Shown here in pieces: positions 1 through 10,904 of a stretch of 37,925 nucleotides of DNA (within the stretch, counting starts at the first letter, position 1; every line of letters begins with the position of its first letter). The notes under the pieces are model-generated. The model worked only from the letters and a program-made list of their open reading frames with translations. It had not been told where the DNA came from and made no database searches. The stretch comes from a virus (taxonomy: Duplodnaviria > Caudoviricetes): positions 1 through 37,925 of the IMG/VR virus record IMGVR_UViG_3300027986_000020; one strand, given 5' to 3'. The position numbers and the translations under genes were made by a program.

Positions 1-1
1 T

Positions 2-2701
2 GCTTCTAGTGCGACAGATGCTGCAAACTCGGCTGCCGCTGCATTGGCGTATTCGATCCAACACTACAGAGGTTATTACACAACTCTAGCTGCACTGACA
101 TCTGGTGTATCATCACCAATTGGCGGTGACTATGCAGATGTAGATGCGGGTACAGGTTCTAATGCATCGCAATATATTTGGGATACCAATGATAACGTTT
201 GGGTTCCTGCAAGTGCCCCTACACCGGTCACTGCATCTCAAGTAAAAGCATTGTACGAATCTAACCTCAACACCAATGCATATACCGATGTTGAGAAAGC
301 TAAATTAGGTACAATGTCGTCTATTGGTTATCCAAGTTTGGCAGTCGCCGCAACAATTAACATCGGATCTACAGATTCTGAAACAATTAACATCACCAAC
401 GTAGCTGGTCCATTATCGATCACATCATTCGGTACTGCAAACGCTGGTGTATACAGACGCTTGATTATTGCAGGTGGTGCCGGTGCTAAGACTCTAGTAT
501 ACAATGCAACCTCAATGATTATTCCCGGTTCTGCTAACTTAGTGTTCTCCGCAGGAATGGTAATTGAAACTGTATCATTGGGTGGTGGTAACTGGAAAGT
601 TACTTCGGTATGTAAAGCTGATGGTACTGCTGTAGTTTCAAGTCCATGGACCGGTGGTACTGCAACCGGTGTAATCAATGAATCCTCGGTGCAGAATATT
701 GGGGTTGTATCAAGTAAAATCGATTTGGGTGCTGCAATTACCAACACCCTGATTCTAAATGCATCTGACGGTAGTGCTTCAGTATCAAATCTTGGTACTG
801 GTGTAAGTGGCTCCAAACGAAAGTTGATCAACCTATATTCAGGGTCTGTAGCATTTGATACCACTGGTAATATCAACACAAATGCAATCGGAGCTGTAAC
901 TTCATTTAACTTTAACTACGGTGATGTTCTTGAGTTTACATATAACACTCTCAACAGCATGTGGTTTGTCACAGATTATGTAACAACATACCCTCAATAT
1001 AGTGGTATTGGTGTTGGTGGTGTTACAGGTAATTCGCAAGGTATTATAGATATTGCGGGTAGTTCTACCAACCCACGTTCGGCTCCAATCAAACTGCGTG
1101 CTGGTACAAACATGACCACACCTGAGAACGGTGCGTTCGAGTATGACGGTACATCGCTGACATTTACCACTGGTAGTTCACGGTTGACTTTGGCATCGCC
1201 TACAACCAACCTTGGTACAAAAGCGGCTAATGGTGCAAACTCTGACATTACGTCTCTGACAGGTCTTACAACTGCCCTATCTGTTGCACAAGGTGGTACA
1301 GGATTAACAGTTGCACAAACAACTAACAATATCGGCGAAGGTACAACTAACCTTTACTACAAAGATTCAAGAGCTATTGCGGCCGTACTCACAGGATTTG
1401 CAGTAGGATCTAACGCAACTGTTGCGGCTACTGATTCGATTCTTGCGGCTATTGGTAAAGTTCAAGCTCAAATCAACGCTAACGTAACCAGTATTGGTAC
1501 AAAAGCTGCGAAGGGTGCAAACTCCGATATTACCAGCTTAACTGGATTAACAACTGCCCTATCTGTCGCTCAAGGTGGTACAGGATTAACAGTTGCACAA
1601 ACCAGCGATAATATTGCAGAAGGTTCGACCAATCTTTACTACAAAGATTCTAGAGCTATCGCAGCATTGTTAACCGGATTTACAGTAGGTGCAAACTCAA
1701 CAGTTTCTGCAACAGATTCGATTCTGGTGGCAATTGAAAAAGTTCAAGGTCAGATTAACGCCAACGTAACCAGTATTGGTACAAAAGCGGCTAAAGGTGC
1801 AAACTCTGACATTACTTCGCTAACAGGTCTTACAACAGCTCTATCTGTTGCACAAGGTGGTACTGGGGTAACTACACTACCAGCGCTGGCAACTGCTATG
1901 AGTTTGGATCAGGTAACCAACACCAGCGATGCTAACAAACCAGTTTCAACCGCACAACAAACCGCGTTGAATGCTAAATTGGCATTAGCTGGTGGTACAA
2001 TGTCTGGTGCATTCAACGAAGCCCCATTTGTTACTCTAGCAAGTGCTTCTACAGTTGCTGTTGGGGCTGCTGCTGCTAACACGGTCAACATCACTGGTAC
2101 TACAACTATCACAGGGTTTGACACAATTGCAGCGGGTGCGAGACGTACCGTAGGGTTTGCTGGATCATTAACATTGACTCATAACGCTACTTCATTCAGT
2201 TTGATTGGTTTAGCTAACATTGTTACTCAAGCTGGTGATACTGCGATATTTGTGTCTCGCGGTAGTGGTAACTGGACAATGAGTGATTACACTCGGGCAT
2301 CAGGCATGCCGTTGGGAATGATTGGTACATGTTCTCAGACCTCCGGTGTTCCAACTGGTGCGATTATTGAAACTGGTACAAATGGTAACGGTACATATAC
2401 CAAATGGGCTGATGGTACAATGATTTGTACTAAGACCGCGACAGGATCGACCGCAGTCACATCAGGTTCTGGTTCTATGTATACATCCGTTCTTCTGGGT
2501 GCCCAAACATATGCGGCTACATTTGCATCTGTTTCGTATTCCAGCGTTGGTATCATAAGTACGACTACCGGAACTGCATATATCGGCCTGCCGGGTGCTA
2601 GTTCATTAACTGCATCAACATCGTATTACATTATCAGTCCTACAAGTGTAGGTTCTATGTCGTTTACAGTTGAAGTAATCGCGATTGGTCGCTGGTTCTA
2701 A
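2..2701 (+). CDS. Tail fibre protein, 5'-truncated (frame open from base 2)
   Basis: The frame is open upstream of the TTG at 44 (ASSATDAANSAAAALAY). The protein is Gly/Thr/Ser/Ala-rich with GANSDITSLTGLTTALSVAQGGTG repeats. The C-terminal GAIIETGTNGNGTYTKWADGTMIC...AIGRWF resembles Pseudomonas phage/pyocin fibre tips. Confidence 0.85.
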   Translation, partial: ASSATDAANSAAAALAYSIQHYRGYYTTLAALTSGVSSPIGGDYADVDAGTGSNASQYIWDTNDNVWVPASAPTPVTASQVKALYESNLNTNAYTDVEKAKLGTMSSIGYPSLAVAATINIGSTDSETINITNVAGPLSITSFGTANAGVYRRLIIAGGAGAKTLVYNATSMIIPGSANLVFSAGMVIETVSLGGGNWKVTSVCKADGTAVVSSPWTGGTATGVINESSVQNIGVVSSKIDLGAAITNTLILNASDGSASVSNLGTGVSGSKRKLINLYSGSVAFDTTGNINTNAIGAVTSFNFNYGDVLEFTYNTLNSMWFVTDYVTTYPQYSGIGVGGVTGNSQGIIDIAGSSTNPRSAPIKLRAGTNMTTPENGAFEYDGTSLTFTTGSSRLTLASPTTNLGTKAANGANSDITSLTGLTTALSVAQGGTGLTVAQTTNNIGEGTTNLYYKDSRAIAAVLTGFAVGSNATVAATDSILAAIGKVQAQINANVTSIGTKAAKGANSDITSLTGLTTALSVAQGGTGLTVAQTSDNIAEGSTNLYYKDSRAIAALLTGFTVGANSTVSATDSILVAIEKVQGQINANVTSIGTKAAKGANSDITSLTGLTTALSVAQGGTGVTTLPALATAMSLDQVTNTSDANKPVSTAQQTALNAKLALAGGTMSGAFNEAPFVTLASASTVAVGAAAANTVNITGTTTITGFDTIAAGARRTVGFAGSLTLTHNATSFSLIGLANIVTQAGDTAIFVSRGSGNWTMSDYTRASGMPLGMIGTCSQTSGVPTGAIIETGTNGNGTYTKWADGTMICTKTATGSTAVTSGSGSMYTSVLLGAQTYAATFASVSYSSVGIISTTTGTAYIGLPGASSLTASTSYYIISPTSVGSMSFTVEVIAIGRWF
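1214..1865 (+). repeat. 282-nt (94-aa) tandem repeat, about 2.3 copies, inside the tail fibre
   Basis: GGTACAAAAGC (GTKAA) begins at 1214, 1496 and 1778, exactly 282 nt apart. The protein copies are near-identical with synonymous differences. Confidence 0.95.
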
Positions 2702-2708
2702 AACAATA

Positions 2709-2735
2709 AATACCCAAGTCAGTGACTTGGGTATT
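2709..2735 (+). promoter_or_regulatory. Intergenic stem-loop (12-bp stem)
   Basis: AATACCCAAGTC-AGT-GACTTGGGTATT, with no U-tract. It overlaps an AATAAATA late-promoter-like variant at 2705-2712. Confidence 0.55.
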
Positions 2736-2751
2736 CAATAAAGGATTTGTA

Positions 2752-3042
2752 ATGATTATTAAATTTTCACCGCAACGTCGGGATGATGTCCTGACCGTTA
2801 TTAAAACCGGGGATATGCTCAATATCAACGGTGAAGACTTCGATTTTTCTTTTATCACGGAAGGATCGACGTTACCAGCAGAAGCTGTTGGATCTGAATG
2901 GGTTGTAGGGGATGTTAGTAGAACTAATGGTCAGCTAACCCTAACCCTATTGCTACCAAATTCAATCGACGCTACCGATGCTGCTAAATTCCCAGTTGAT
3001 CTTACCGACCCAGTTGATGGGCCATTGGAGTTACCGGTATGA
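2752..3042 (+). CDS. Tail-fibre-associated (assembly) protein
   Basis: AAGGA RBS precedes ATG 2752. MIIKFSPQRRDD...NGEDFDFS matches a family that follows fibre genes in Pseudomonas prophages. Confidence 0.7.
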   Translation: MIIKFSPQRRDDVLTVIKTGDMLNINGEDFDFSFITEGSTLPAEAVGSEWVVGDVSRTNGQLTLTLLLPNSIDATDAAKFPVDLTDPVDGPLELPV

Positions 3043-3377
3043 ATATTGATGTAACCAAATTAGTTACGGCTGATATGAAAGCAGCTAAAGCTAAAGCAGA
3101 ACTAGAATCACAATATGTAGATGCTGTACAGACCCAGTTAGATTTGATTGCGAAATCTTATGGTTATGATGATATCAAAACTGCTGTAACTTATGCTGAT
3201 GAACCGGCAGTTGCTAAATTCCAAACAGATGGGAAAGCTTTAAGAGCTTGGCGATCATTGGTATGGAACTATTGCTATGAACAACTAGCATTGGTGGAAT
3301 CTGGGTCTAGAACCCAACCTACAATTGAAGCTTGGGTATTGGAATTGCCGGTAATGGCGCCTATTCAATATAGCTGA
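3039..3377 (+). CDS. Putative tail fibre assembly protein
   Basis: ATGA overlap with the previous gene. Motif GYDDIKTAVTYADEPAVAKFQ.DG.ALRAWRSLVW; position directly after the fibre. Confidence 0.65.
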   Translation: MNIDVTKLVTADMKAAKAKAELESQYVDAVQTQLDLIAKSYGYDDIKTAVTYADEPAVAKFQTDGKALRAWRSLVWNYCYEQLALVESGSRTQPTIEAWVLELPVMAPIQYS

Positions 3378-3394
3378 TAAACAAGGGTGTTAGG

Positions 3395-3766
3395 ATGAGT
3401 AAGTTTTTAAACAATCTGAAAAGTGAACAGTTGGGTAAATGGAATCATAGACTATTGGCCCAACTTGATTTACAGGATGACATTCATGGGGTGATCAGTG
3501 CCCCAGTTGATTTTGAAACAGATTTCGCATCAATCAATTCTATGCATAACATCATTCTATTCCCTATTTGGGCATTAGTGGCCGGGTATGGTAACCCGTC
3601 TGCTGCTCTACATGATCATCTGTACACCACAGGTGAACTTAGCCGTAAAGAATGTGATGGTGTTTTGTATCGTGCATTAAGAGCTGAAGGTGTCGCCAAA
3701 TGGCGTGCTTGGATGTTCTGGGCCGGAGTTCGTATTGGTGGTAGAAATCATTATATGACTGCATAA
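3395..3766 (+). CDS. DUF1353-family protein
   Basis: Motifs FETDFASI, ALHDHLY, R.ECDGVL.RAL...GV..WRAWMFWAGVRIGG. Confidence 0.8.
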   Translation: MSKFLNNLKSEQLGKWNHRLLAQLDLQDDIHGVISAPVDFETDFASINSMHNIILFPIWALVAGYGNPSAALHDHLYTTGELSRKECDGVLYRALRAEGVAKWRAWMFWAGVRIGGRNHYMTA

Positions 3767-3768
3767 CG

Positions 3769-3794
3769 AAAAGGGGCCAATTGGCCCCTTTTTT
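3769..3794 (+). terminator. Intrinsic terminator (perfect palindrome plus U-tract)
   Basis: AAAAGGGGCCAATTGGCCCCTTTTTT directly after the stop codon. Confidence 0.85.
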
Positions 3795-3801
3795 ATTTGC
3801 T

Positions 3802-3809
3802 TATAAATA
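3802..3809 (+). promoter_or_regulatory. T4-type late promoter
   Basis: TATAAATA consensus upstream of gp25. Confidence 0.85.
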
Positions 3810-3832
3810 CAGAATACACAACAGGAATACAT

Positions 3833-4228
3833 ATGGACACTATAATCTATTCCGATATTCGTAAGAATATGCTAATGGACCCAATTACATACGATGTATC
3901 TGCTGCAACCAATGACAGAGCCATTATCGACTCTGTTATGAATTTGGTTTTAACTGAAAAAGGTGAGCGGCTATACCAACCTGAAGTTGGTGGGAACATT
4001 TCCGGGCTATTATTCGAGCTAATGTCCGATGAAACAACTTATATGATCAAGAGGGAAATTCAGGAAGTGATTACCAACTGGGAACCAAGAGCGGTTCTTC
4101 AACAGGTTGATGTGATCCCTGATTATGATAACAACGCTTATTATATTACCATTCGATTCTATACAATCTACAACTTAGAGCTACTTCAAGTAGCAGCTCT
4201 AAACCTAAATTCTAAGGCTACTTCATGA
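3833..4228 (+). CDS. gp25: Baseplate wedge subunit gp25
   Basis: YSDI...AI..SV.NLVLT.KGERLYQPEVGGNI..LLFE...ITNWEPR. AGGA RBS precedes ATG 3833. Confidence 0.92.
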   Translation: MDTIIYSDIRKNMLMDPITYDVSAATNDRAIIDSVMNLVLTEKGERLYQPEVGGNISGLLFELMSDETTYMIKREIQEVITNWEPRAVLQQVDVIPDYDNNAYYITIRFYTIYNLELLQVAALNLNSKATS

Positions 4229-6072
4229 TTAATACCGACTTCTCTGCTTTAGCGTTTGCAGACGTTAAGAACAGCTTAATCAACCATTATAAAAACAGTG
4301 CAAATTTCGCGGATTATGATTTTGAAGGATCGCGGATGAACACCCTAATTGATGGTTTGGCATATGCCGCACTGTACCAAGGTACAATGGCAAACGCTGC
4401 ACTATTCGAATCATTCCTGCAATCTGCCCGTAATCGTGGATCGGTTGTAATGGGTGCGCAAAATATCGGATACGTTCCAGCATCAACCCGTGGTGCAACT
4501 ATCGACATGGGTATAACCTTAACCTACAACCAACCCGGTGCATTGCCAAACTCGGCTAAAGTTCCTTTTGGATTCAAATTCTCTGGTACGATGGGTGATA
4601 CAAAATATGATTTTGTGACATTCAAAGATACTTTCATCACGAAGAATACTTCCGGTACATATACCGGTGATTTGAATGTAATCCAAGGTAAGATTATCCG
4701 TCAGCAATACACATGGGCTGCTAATACAAGAATTTTTATCCGAGATACCACAATTGATCGTAGATATATACGAATTCAGGTAGACGGGGTTGATTATACT
4801 CTTGCTGGGAATGCGGCACGAACAGGCTCTACTGATACTGTGTATTATTTCCGTGAAACTCAAGATGGGTGGACCGAAATTTATTTTGGTGCGGGTGAAT
4901 TGGAAGTAATCCCCGGTCAGCCGGATTTGAGTAGCTATGTAGGTGGGATTACCCCAGCGGTAGGTCAAACTGTTGTTATCCAATATCTATCCGTGAAAGG
5001 TTCAGATGGTAATGGAATTACCACCTTTAAAGCGGTGGATTCGGTTGCGGGATTTGACTTTGCGATCACATTGTCATCAGATGCTGTCAGTGATGGTGGC
5101 GGTGATAAAGAAAATATTGAGCGCATCAGAACCGTTGCACCAAAGGTATTCGAGGCTCAGGGTCGTTGTGTTACTGCTCAAGACTATGAAGCATTTGTAT
5201 TGCAGCAATTTGGATCGGTGGTTCAAGCTATTCGGTGTTTTGGTGATAATACCAAACCGGGTTATGCATTCATCGCGATCAAACCAGTCAATGAACTGGT
5301 TATGAATAGTGCGGAAATGCAAGCAATTGAGGACTATTTGTCTGATTACAATGTGGTTACAATTGCCCCTTTGATTGTAACCCCGGATTATATTTTCATT
5401 GAACAGACGATATCAGTAGATTATCGGGTCACTGAATTAAGTGTATCGGAAGATCAACTGATTACCAATATCAAGGCTCAGGTAGAAGCATATTTTGCTC
5501 AGAACATTACCACATTTTCGGCTAGTTTCCACACGTCCAAATTGCTTGGTTATATAGATAACACAGATACATCAGTATTAGGTTCTAGATGTAGTATTCG
5601 ATTGGTTAAAGAATTGGAAGATAACTATCTAACACCAACAACTGGTGTAAACTTCCTGAATCCATTGGTGTCCAAATCGTTTATCAGTTCTCCTATTTCG
5701 TTTATTCAAGATCCTGCAAACCCGTATAACTTGAACATTCTTAGTACGGATTCTGGTGGATTGGTTATTGGACCATTCAAAGCCAATTCCGGTATTACTC
5801 AACAAGCATATGGTTCGAATGACTTCAACCGAGTCGGCACCGCACCTGATAACCAATATTTTTGGATTGGCACAATTGATCATCCATCCGGTGCTGTGTA
5901 TTTCAACCTTGGAGCATTGGGACTTCCTAGAAGTAGTTTTGCGGTAGCTAATCTTCAAATGTACGCCAGCCCGGTAGAGACTGATATCTATACCAAAAAC
6001 GGTTCTCTGATTGTATACGAGCCTTTATTGCGCCCATCTTACATTTCAGTTGCTATTCACCCAATTTTGTGA
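4225..6072 (+). CDS. gp6: Baseplate wedge subunit gp6
   Basis: F.DYDFEGSRMNTLID.LAY, ESFLQSA..R.SVV, QGRCVTAQDYE; 615 aa; synteny. Confidence 0.95.
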   Translation: MINTDFSALAFADVKNSLINHYKNSANFADYDFEGSRMNTLIDGLAYAALYQGTMANAALFESFLQSARNRGSVVMGAQNIGYVPASTRGATIDMGITLTYNQPGALPNSAKVPFGFKFSGTMGDTKYDFVTFKDTFITKNTSGTYTGDLNVIQGKIIRQQYTWAANTRIFIRDTTIDRRYIRIQVDGVDYTLAGNAARTGSTDTVYYFRETQDGWTEIYFGAGELEVIPGQPDLSSYVGGITPAVGQTVVIQYLSVKGSDGNGITTFKAVDSVAGFDFAITLSSDAVSDGGGDKENIERIRTVAPKVFEAQGRCVTAQDYEAFVLQQFGSVVQAIRCFGDNTKPGYAFIAIKPVNELVMNSAEMQAIEDYLSDYNVVTIAPLIVTPDYIFIEQTISVDYRVTELSVSEDQLITNIKAQVEAYFAQNITTFSASFHTSKLLGYIDNTDTSVLGSRCSIRLVKELEDNYLTPTTGVNFLNPLVSKSFISSPISFIQDPANPYNLNILSTDSGGLVIGPFKANSGITQQAYGSNDFNRVGTAPDNQYFWIGTIDHPSGAVYFNLGALGLPRSSFAVANLQMYASPVETDIYTKNGSLIVYEPLLRPSYISVAIHPIL

Positions 6073-6081
6073 TAATAAAAC

Positions 6082-9000
6082 ATGGCACAATCACCAGCAT
6101 TAGAAATAGTTCGAATTAAGAATGTCGCCGGGACATTTGCCATGATTACATGGGATGATCTTGGTGGCGTCTTCAACTATGAAGTTCAGAAGTCTGCAAA
6201 CGGCGGTCAATTTATTGCCGCCGGGATTACAAACAATTCTGAATATTTCGATCAACAAGTAACCCCAAATACCCTGTATGTTTATAGGGTACGTGCAATA
6301 TCAACTGAATATACTCCAAGTGATTGGACTCTATCAGAATCATTCACTACATTTGCAAGTAATTCATATGTAGTGACATCACAATCATCAGTTTCGATAT
6401 ATAAAAATTTCATTGATCAAAAATTGACGAAAGCCAACAGCATTTTCAATTTCAATAAAGATGAAATCGATGGTGTATTGGTCAAAGAAGGTTTTGCGTT
6501 TAATAACTCACATACCAATGTCACTGATATTGAAAATTATATTCTCTACCAAGATGAATCTCTAAAGCTATATGGAGACGTGTCAGAAGCGTGTGGGGAT
6601 AGATACAAGCTTCTCCCTGCATACTTCAATGATATTTTCTTTTCGTTTGAACGTAAGCAATCTATTGTTAGATACTCGAAAAATAATGCTGCATCATGGA
6701 TTCTCCATCGCGGGATTCTTGGTCGAGTGGGAAATCCGGTAGGTACACAAGTTGCTGTAACAACTGATGAATCTATGTATATCATGGGTTGGGATGGTAT
6801 CTACAATCTAACATTCAGCACCGATATTAAATGGTCTGATAATGTGATGACACTTAGTTCTGTGACTCAAACATTCAGTCCAAGTAATCCGGGGTCGTTC
6901 CGTATATCAAAACTGGTGGGTCTACCATCTGGGTTGGGATTGGGGTCACTGGAAGCAATTACTATTGATGAAGATGGTGATCGGCTGTATGTAGCATCGG
7001 CCAACACAATATATTCACTGGAATTAAAATCACTGAGTTTGGATGGGTCTGGTAACAGACAGTGGAATGCAAACACCATTACCATTACTGGCGATACCAC
7101 GAATGATGTTCTGGTTAAGAACTTGGTGGCTTTCAATGGCGGTCTGTATGCGTATGTGCCGGGCACTAGGATCGGGGCTGGGGTAACCCTCGAAAGTGGG
7201 TATAACGTCGCTCCATCGACCTATGAGGGGATCTATCAAATAGATAATGATCTTACCGTATCAAGTCGAGTATATGGAAATAACAACGATGAAGAGACTA
7301 CACTTGATCCGTTGATTTCTAACTTATCAAGATCATCGACACATATTTTATTTGACGGTATTAATAAACCATATCTATTGACAGATGATCCTTCCTCGTT
7401 GGAACCTTCTACACCGGGTTATACTGATAGTGATCTTGATCCAGAGAGAGTTGATTATGCGGTTCAATACATAATTGATCCAACTAATATCGTAACCAAC
7501 AACCGTGGATATAGAAAACCAATCCGATCCGCCGATGGAGTATCATGGGTTCCCCGTGAAGAAAACTATCACTACGAATCGCAGTACCTATGGTTTGATG
7601 GGAATCGAGTTTGGGTGAACTATAAAGCAAAATTGCATTCATTACAAAACGTACAGATTTCGTTCAGGCGTTCACCAATACATCTGAAACTTTGGATAAC
7701 GGTAAGTATACCTTCTATGCGGATTCGTTCAATATTAGCGGATTCCCCGGATATGTTATTGGGATGGTATTTTACAAAAAATCGACCGGTGATCTTATTG
7801 GGTATTACAGTCTAGGGTTCCGTACCCGTGATAATGCGATTTTCACATGGGTTCCTGATCGACAAATTGCAAACGCAATCTTGGCGTCCAATTCAATTGA
7901 TGCCGTGGTTGTAGAAGATCCACCAACCAATGAATCTGATATTGTACCTCCTTTAGATCCAATGGTATATCAGTTCCTACCTGAACAGTTCATCCAAAAT
8001 GAGCCTTTGTATGTATCGTTTGTTGAAGAATATCTGAAATTCTTGTCTAGTGATAGACACTCTGATTATGGTCAGTTGTACAACCTGATTCAAAACCATG
8101 ATGTAAATGAAACAGAATACTTGCAGATGTTCTATAATGATCTATCGAAGCGAAATGTCTATCTAGATACTGCAAAATGGACCCAGCTTTTGAAGTTCAT
8201 AAACAACAGACCATCGGATCTATATTCCATCAAAGGTGTGAAGGATTCGTATAAGTTTCTGTTTAAATTGCTGTACAATGAAGATGTGACTATTACAACG
8301 GAAATCGACTCTCAGTATGAGTATGATATTATCATCGCATCCGACAACGCTACATCGGATTTAGTTGGGAACCGACTTACATCCAGTACAGGGTATGGGG
8401 ATGTCGTGTACTATGATCGGTACTATGATGAGAACGGTAATGCATACTGGCAGATGACGCTAAATAACATCATAGGGGAATTTGATATCGGCGAAACCCT
8501 CACATCATTAGGCAACCCAGCGTTTACGGGGACTGTTATTCGTGGTGTTGTTGGTAAAGAGGCACCACTGGATAGTCAGGATTATTTGAACCGTGGTCCA
8601 ACCTACTATGCGATATCGATTTATTCCCAAATGCAAGTTTCGAAATATCGCGATGATGTTCTAAGGTTTGTGCATCCGGTCGGGTTTGGATTTGTTGGGA
8701 TTATGTTGATCACCATGTTTGTAAACTCAGGTGTTTCTACAACTCACAAAGAAACCTTGGTGGACATCCTGCAAACCCTGAAATGGGATATGGGACTTCC
8801 AAGTGTATATCCACCTACGATCCCGGCGTTGGATACCAATGGAAAATATCAGATGAATAATTATGGTGTGATTCAGACAATACCCAATCCGCTGGCAGGG
8901 CAAGCTTTCCCGTTGACTCCTACATATATGACTGATAACCCACAAGTTATAGACGGTCAGAATTCGGATCAGCGTCGTAAGGATTCTTACTTGTTCGATA

Positions 9001-9083
9001 GTTCAAACCTGCGTTTTATAAACATGCGTAAACTCGTTGATCGTCGTCTAAAAGATGGATTAACCCAAAGGAAAGATTCATAA
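6082..9083 (+). CDS. gp7: Baseplate wedge initiator gp7 (about 1000 aa), split by a frameshift near 7629-7632
   Basis: N-terminal FN3-like WDDLGGVFNYEVQ. C-terminal part has KG..DSYKFLFKLLYNEDV and YRDDVLRFVHPVGFGFVGI. The two ORFs (6082-7815, 7692-9083) join if the AAAA run is AAAAA. Confidence 0.88.
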
Positions 9084-10084
9084 TGACAGTTATATATCGT
9101 GGGTTGGTAACCCCTAAATTTAGAACAACCGCGATGATGAACTTTATTGGGAGAATTGCGGATGATGCCGACTCGAACACATACTATATGTCGTTCGGTC
9201 GCGCAACACCGTGGTCCACCTACGAATCTAGTTCATATTTTAAACCGCCATACCCGGTCACCAATGATACTGGTATTGCGTCTCTATGGGATGACATGCT
9301 TGGGCTTATCAAAGTATCCAAGCTGTCATGGATTCCTGTAATTCCTCGCCGGGATTGGGGGAATCCATTGTATCCGGGTAGTTTGACATTCCAAATTGAT
9401 GATGTGGTGGTTGTCAACTCGCTAACCGGTGTGAATAAATATGACACAGCCGACGCGGGATACATGGTATATCGATGTGTGCAAGTCCCACAGACCGATG
9501 GTACATGTAGTGTCAATCAACTGCGGGATAGAACAGATTGCTTGATGGCAGGTGGTACATGGTCCCCTACAGCTAGTTTGGGTGGGTCTGATAATATTCC
9601 TAAAGGGAAGACCTCTGCATACGATTCTGGTGATGGTTACCTATGGGCATACCTCTACACTATTCCACCAGATGAAGTTATTAATGCAACCAACGATGAT
9701 TACATTGTTGTGCCGACTCCAGATGATATTACAACCAATCCTAGTAAATGGGGAATTGTAGATACTGGGAACATCAACCAAATTAGCCGAATTATTTTCG
9801 ATATCAACTGTAGTTCTCTGATGGGTGCTGCCCAGTTGACAGACCGAGATTTCACTAACACAAACCGGGTAGGTAATACCGGATATCGTCAGTTGGCAAT
9901 TCTGGTGAACCCATTGCTTGCAAAAGCACATCAAGGTGACCCGGATGTTAAAGCAACTGATTACACCTATGACCCTAGCCAACTTCTGGTTGAATCTGGT
10001 GAAGTTCTTTACATTGAGAACCGACCGCCAATTTATCGCTCTAGCGATCAAACAGAATCTATCCGAATTATTTTGAGTTTCTAA
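9083..10084 (+). CDS. gp8: Baseplate wedge subunit gp8
   Basis: YRGLVTPKFRT, FGR.TPW, VIPRRDW, GDGYLW.YLYTIPP, SGEVLYIENRPPIYRS.DQTE. Confidence 0.95.
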   Translation: MTVIYRGLVTPKFRTTAMMNFIGRIADDADSNTYYMSFGRATPWSTYESSSYFKPPYPVTNDTGIASLWDDMLGLIKVSKLSWIPVIPRRDWGNPLYPGSLTFQIDDVVVVNSLTGVNKYDTADAGYMVYRCVQVPQTDGTCSVNQLRDRTDCLMAGGTWSPTASLGGSDNIPKGKTSAYDSGDGYLWAYLYTIPPDEVINATNDDYIVVPTPDDITTNPSKWGIVDTGNINQISRIIFDINCSSLMGAAQLTDRDFTNTNRVGNTGYRQLAILVNPLLAKAHQGDPDVKATDYTYDPSQLLVESGEVLYIENRPPIYRSSDQTESIRIILSF

Positions 10085-10086
10085 TA

Positions 10087-10896
10087 ATGAGTAAAAACCT
10101 GCTTATCACGGGTGTTGCTGGTGATAATACCACCGGTGACACTCTATATAATGGTGCAACCAAGATCAATGCAATGTTTGGTGAGGTATACGACGCTTTT
10201 GGTCTACAAGGCTCTAACCCTCAAGACATTCATGCTACTGGCTATTTCCAAACACCACCACGTAGTTATTACACCTATCCAGTTACTGCTGGTAGTATGT
10301 TGAACGTTGACACCCGAAATGGTGTACTTTCGGTGAAACTTCCTAATGGTCGAATCGGTGAAATGGTTAAACTCCGCGATCCGTTTGGTTCGTGGGTATC
10401 CAACCCAATTACTGTCTATGCAGATGGTATTGAAGAGATTGATAGTCTTCTGACTCCGGTCACACTAAATATATCATTCATCGAAGTAACATTTGTGTGT
10501 ATCAACGATACACCGGGTCAAGTAAACTGGACATACTCACTGAAGAGTTTGATGGATCGTACCATTAGACTGATCGATACAGTATTTGTCCTAACCCCAA
10601 CAACCCCAATTACTTACACAATCGGTAGTACGGCGTCATTTACATCTGCTCAGTTGTTCTTTACAGGACTTCAACGTCAAGGTGGTACGGCTGTCACTTC
10701 CTCTGAAATTCATCTGGCACAAGACGGTACGAACTATGTTTATAATGAATCCTCGGTACTTGGCACTGGCCCTTCTCGTGTATACGACATCGATTTTTCT
10801 ATTCAGTCTGGTACAGTTGTAATGAGCTTAACCACGACACTTCCACAAGTTAAAGTCGCGGTTAGATCAACCGACTTCACACGAATTGTATTGTGA
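10087..10896 (+). CDS. gp9: Baseplate tail-fibre connector gp9
   Basis: GDTLYNGATKIN..F.EVY.AFG...IHATGYFQ; synteny. Confidence 0.9.
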   Translation: MSKNLLITGVAGDNTTGDTLYNGATKINAMFGEVYDAFGLQGSNPQDIHATGYFQTPPRSYYTYPVTAGSMLNVDTRNGVLSVKLPNGRIGEMVKLRDPFGSWVSNPITVYADGIEEIDSLLTPVTLNISFIEVTFVCINDTPGQVNWTYSLKSLMDRTIRLIDTVFVLTPTTPITYTIGSTASFTSAQLFFTGLQRQGGTAVTSSEIHLAQDGTNYVYNESSVLGTGPSRVYDIDFSIQSGTVVMSLTTTLPQVKVAVRSTDFTRIVL

Positions 10897-10904
10897 GTAA
10901 CTAA

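Noticed and set aside
1214-2701. Diversity-generating retroelement or invertible fibre tip
   Set aside because: No reverse transcriptase, invertase or adenine-specific template/variable repeat pair is seen. Repeat differences are mostly synonymous.
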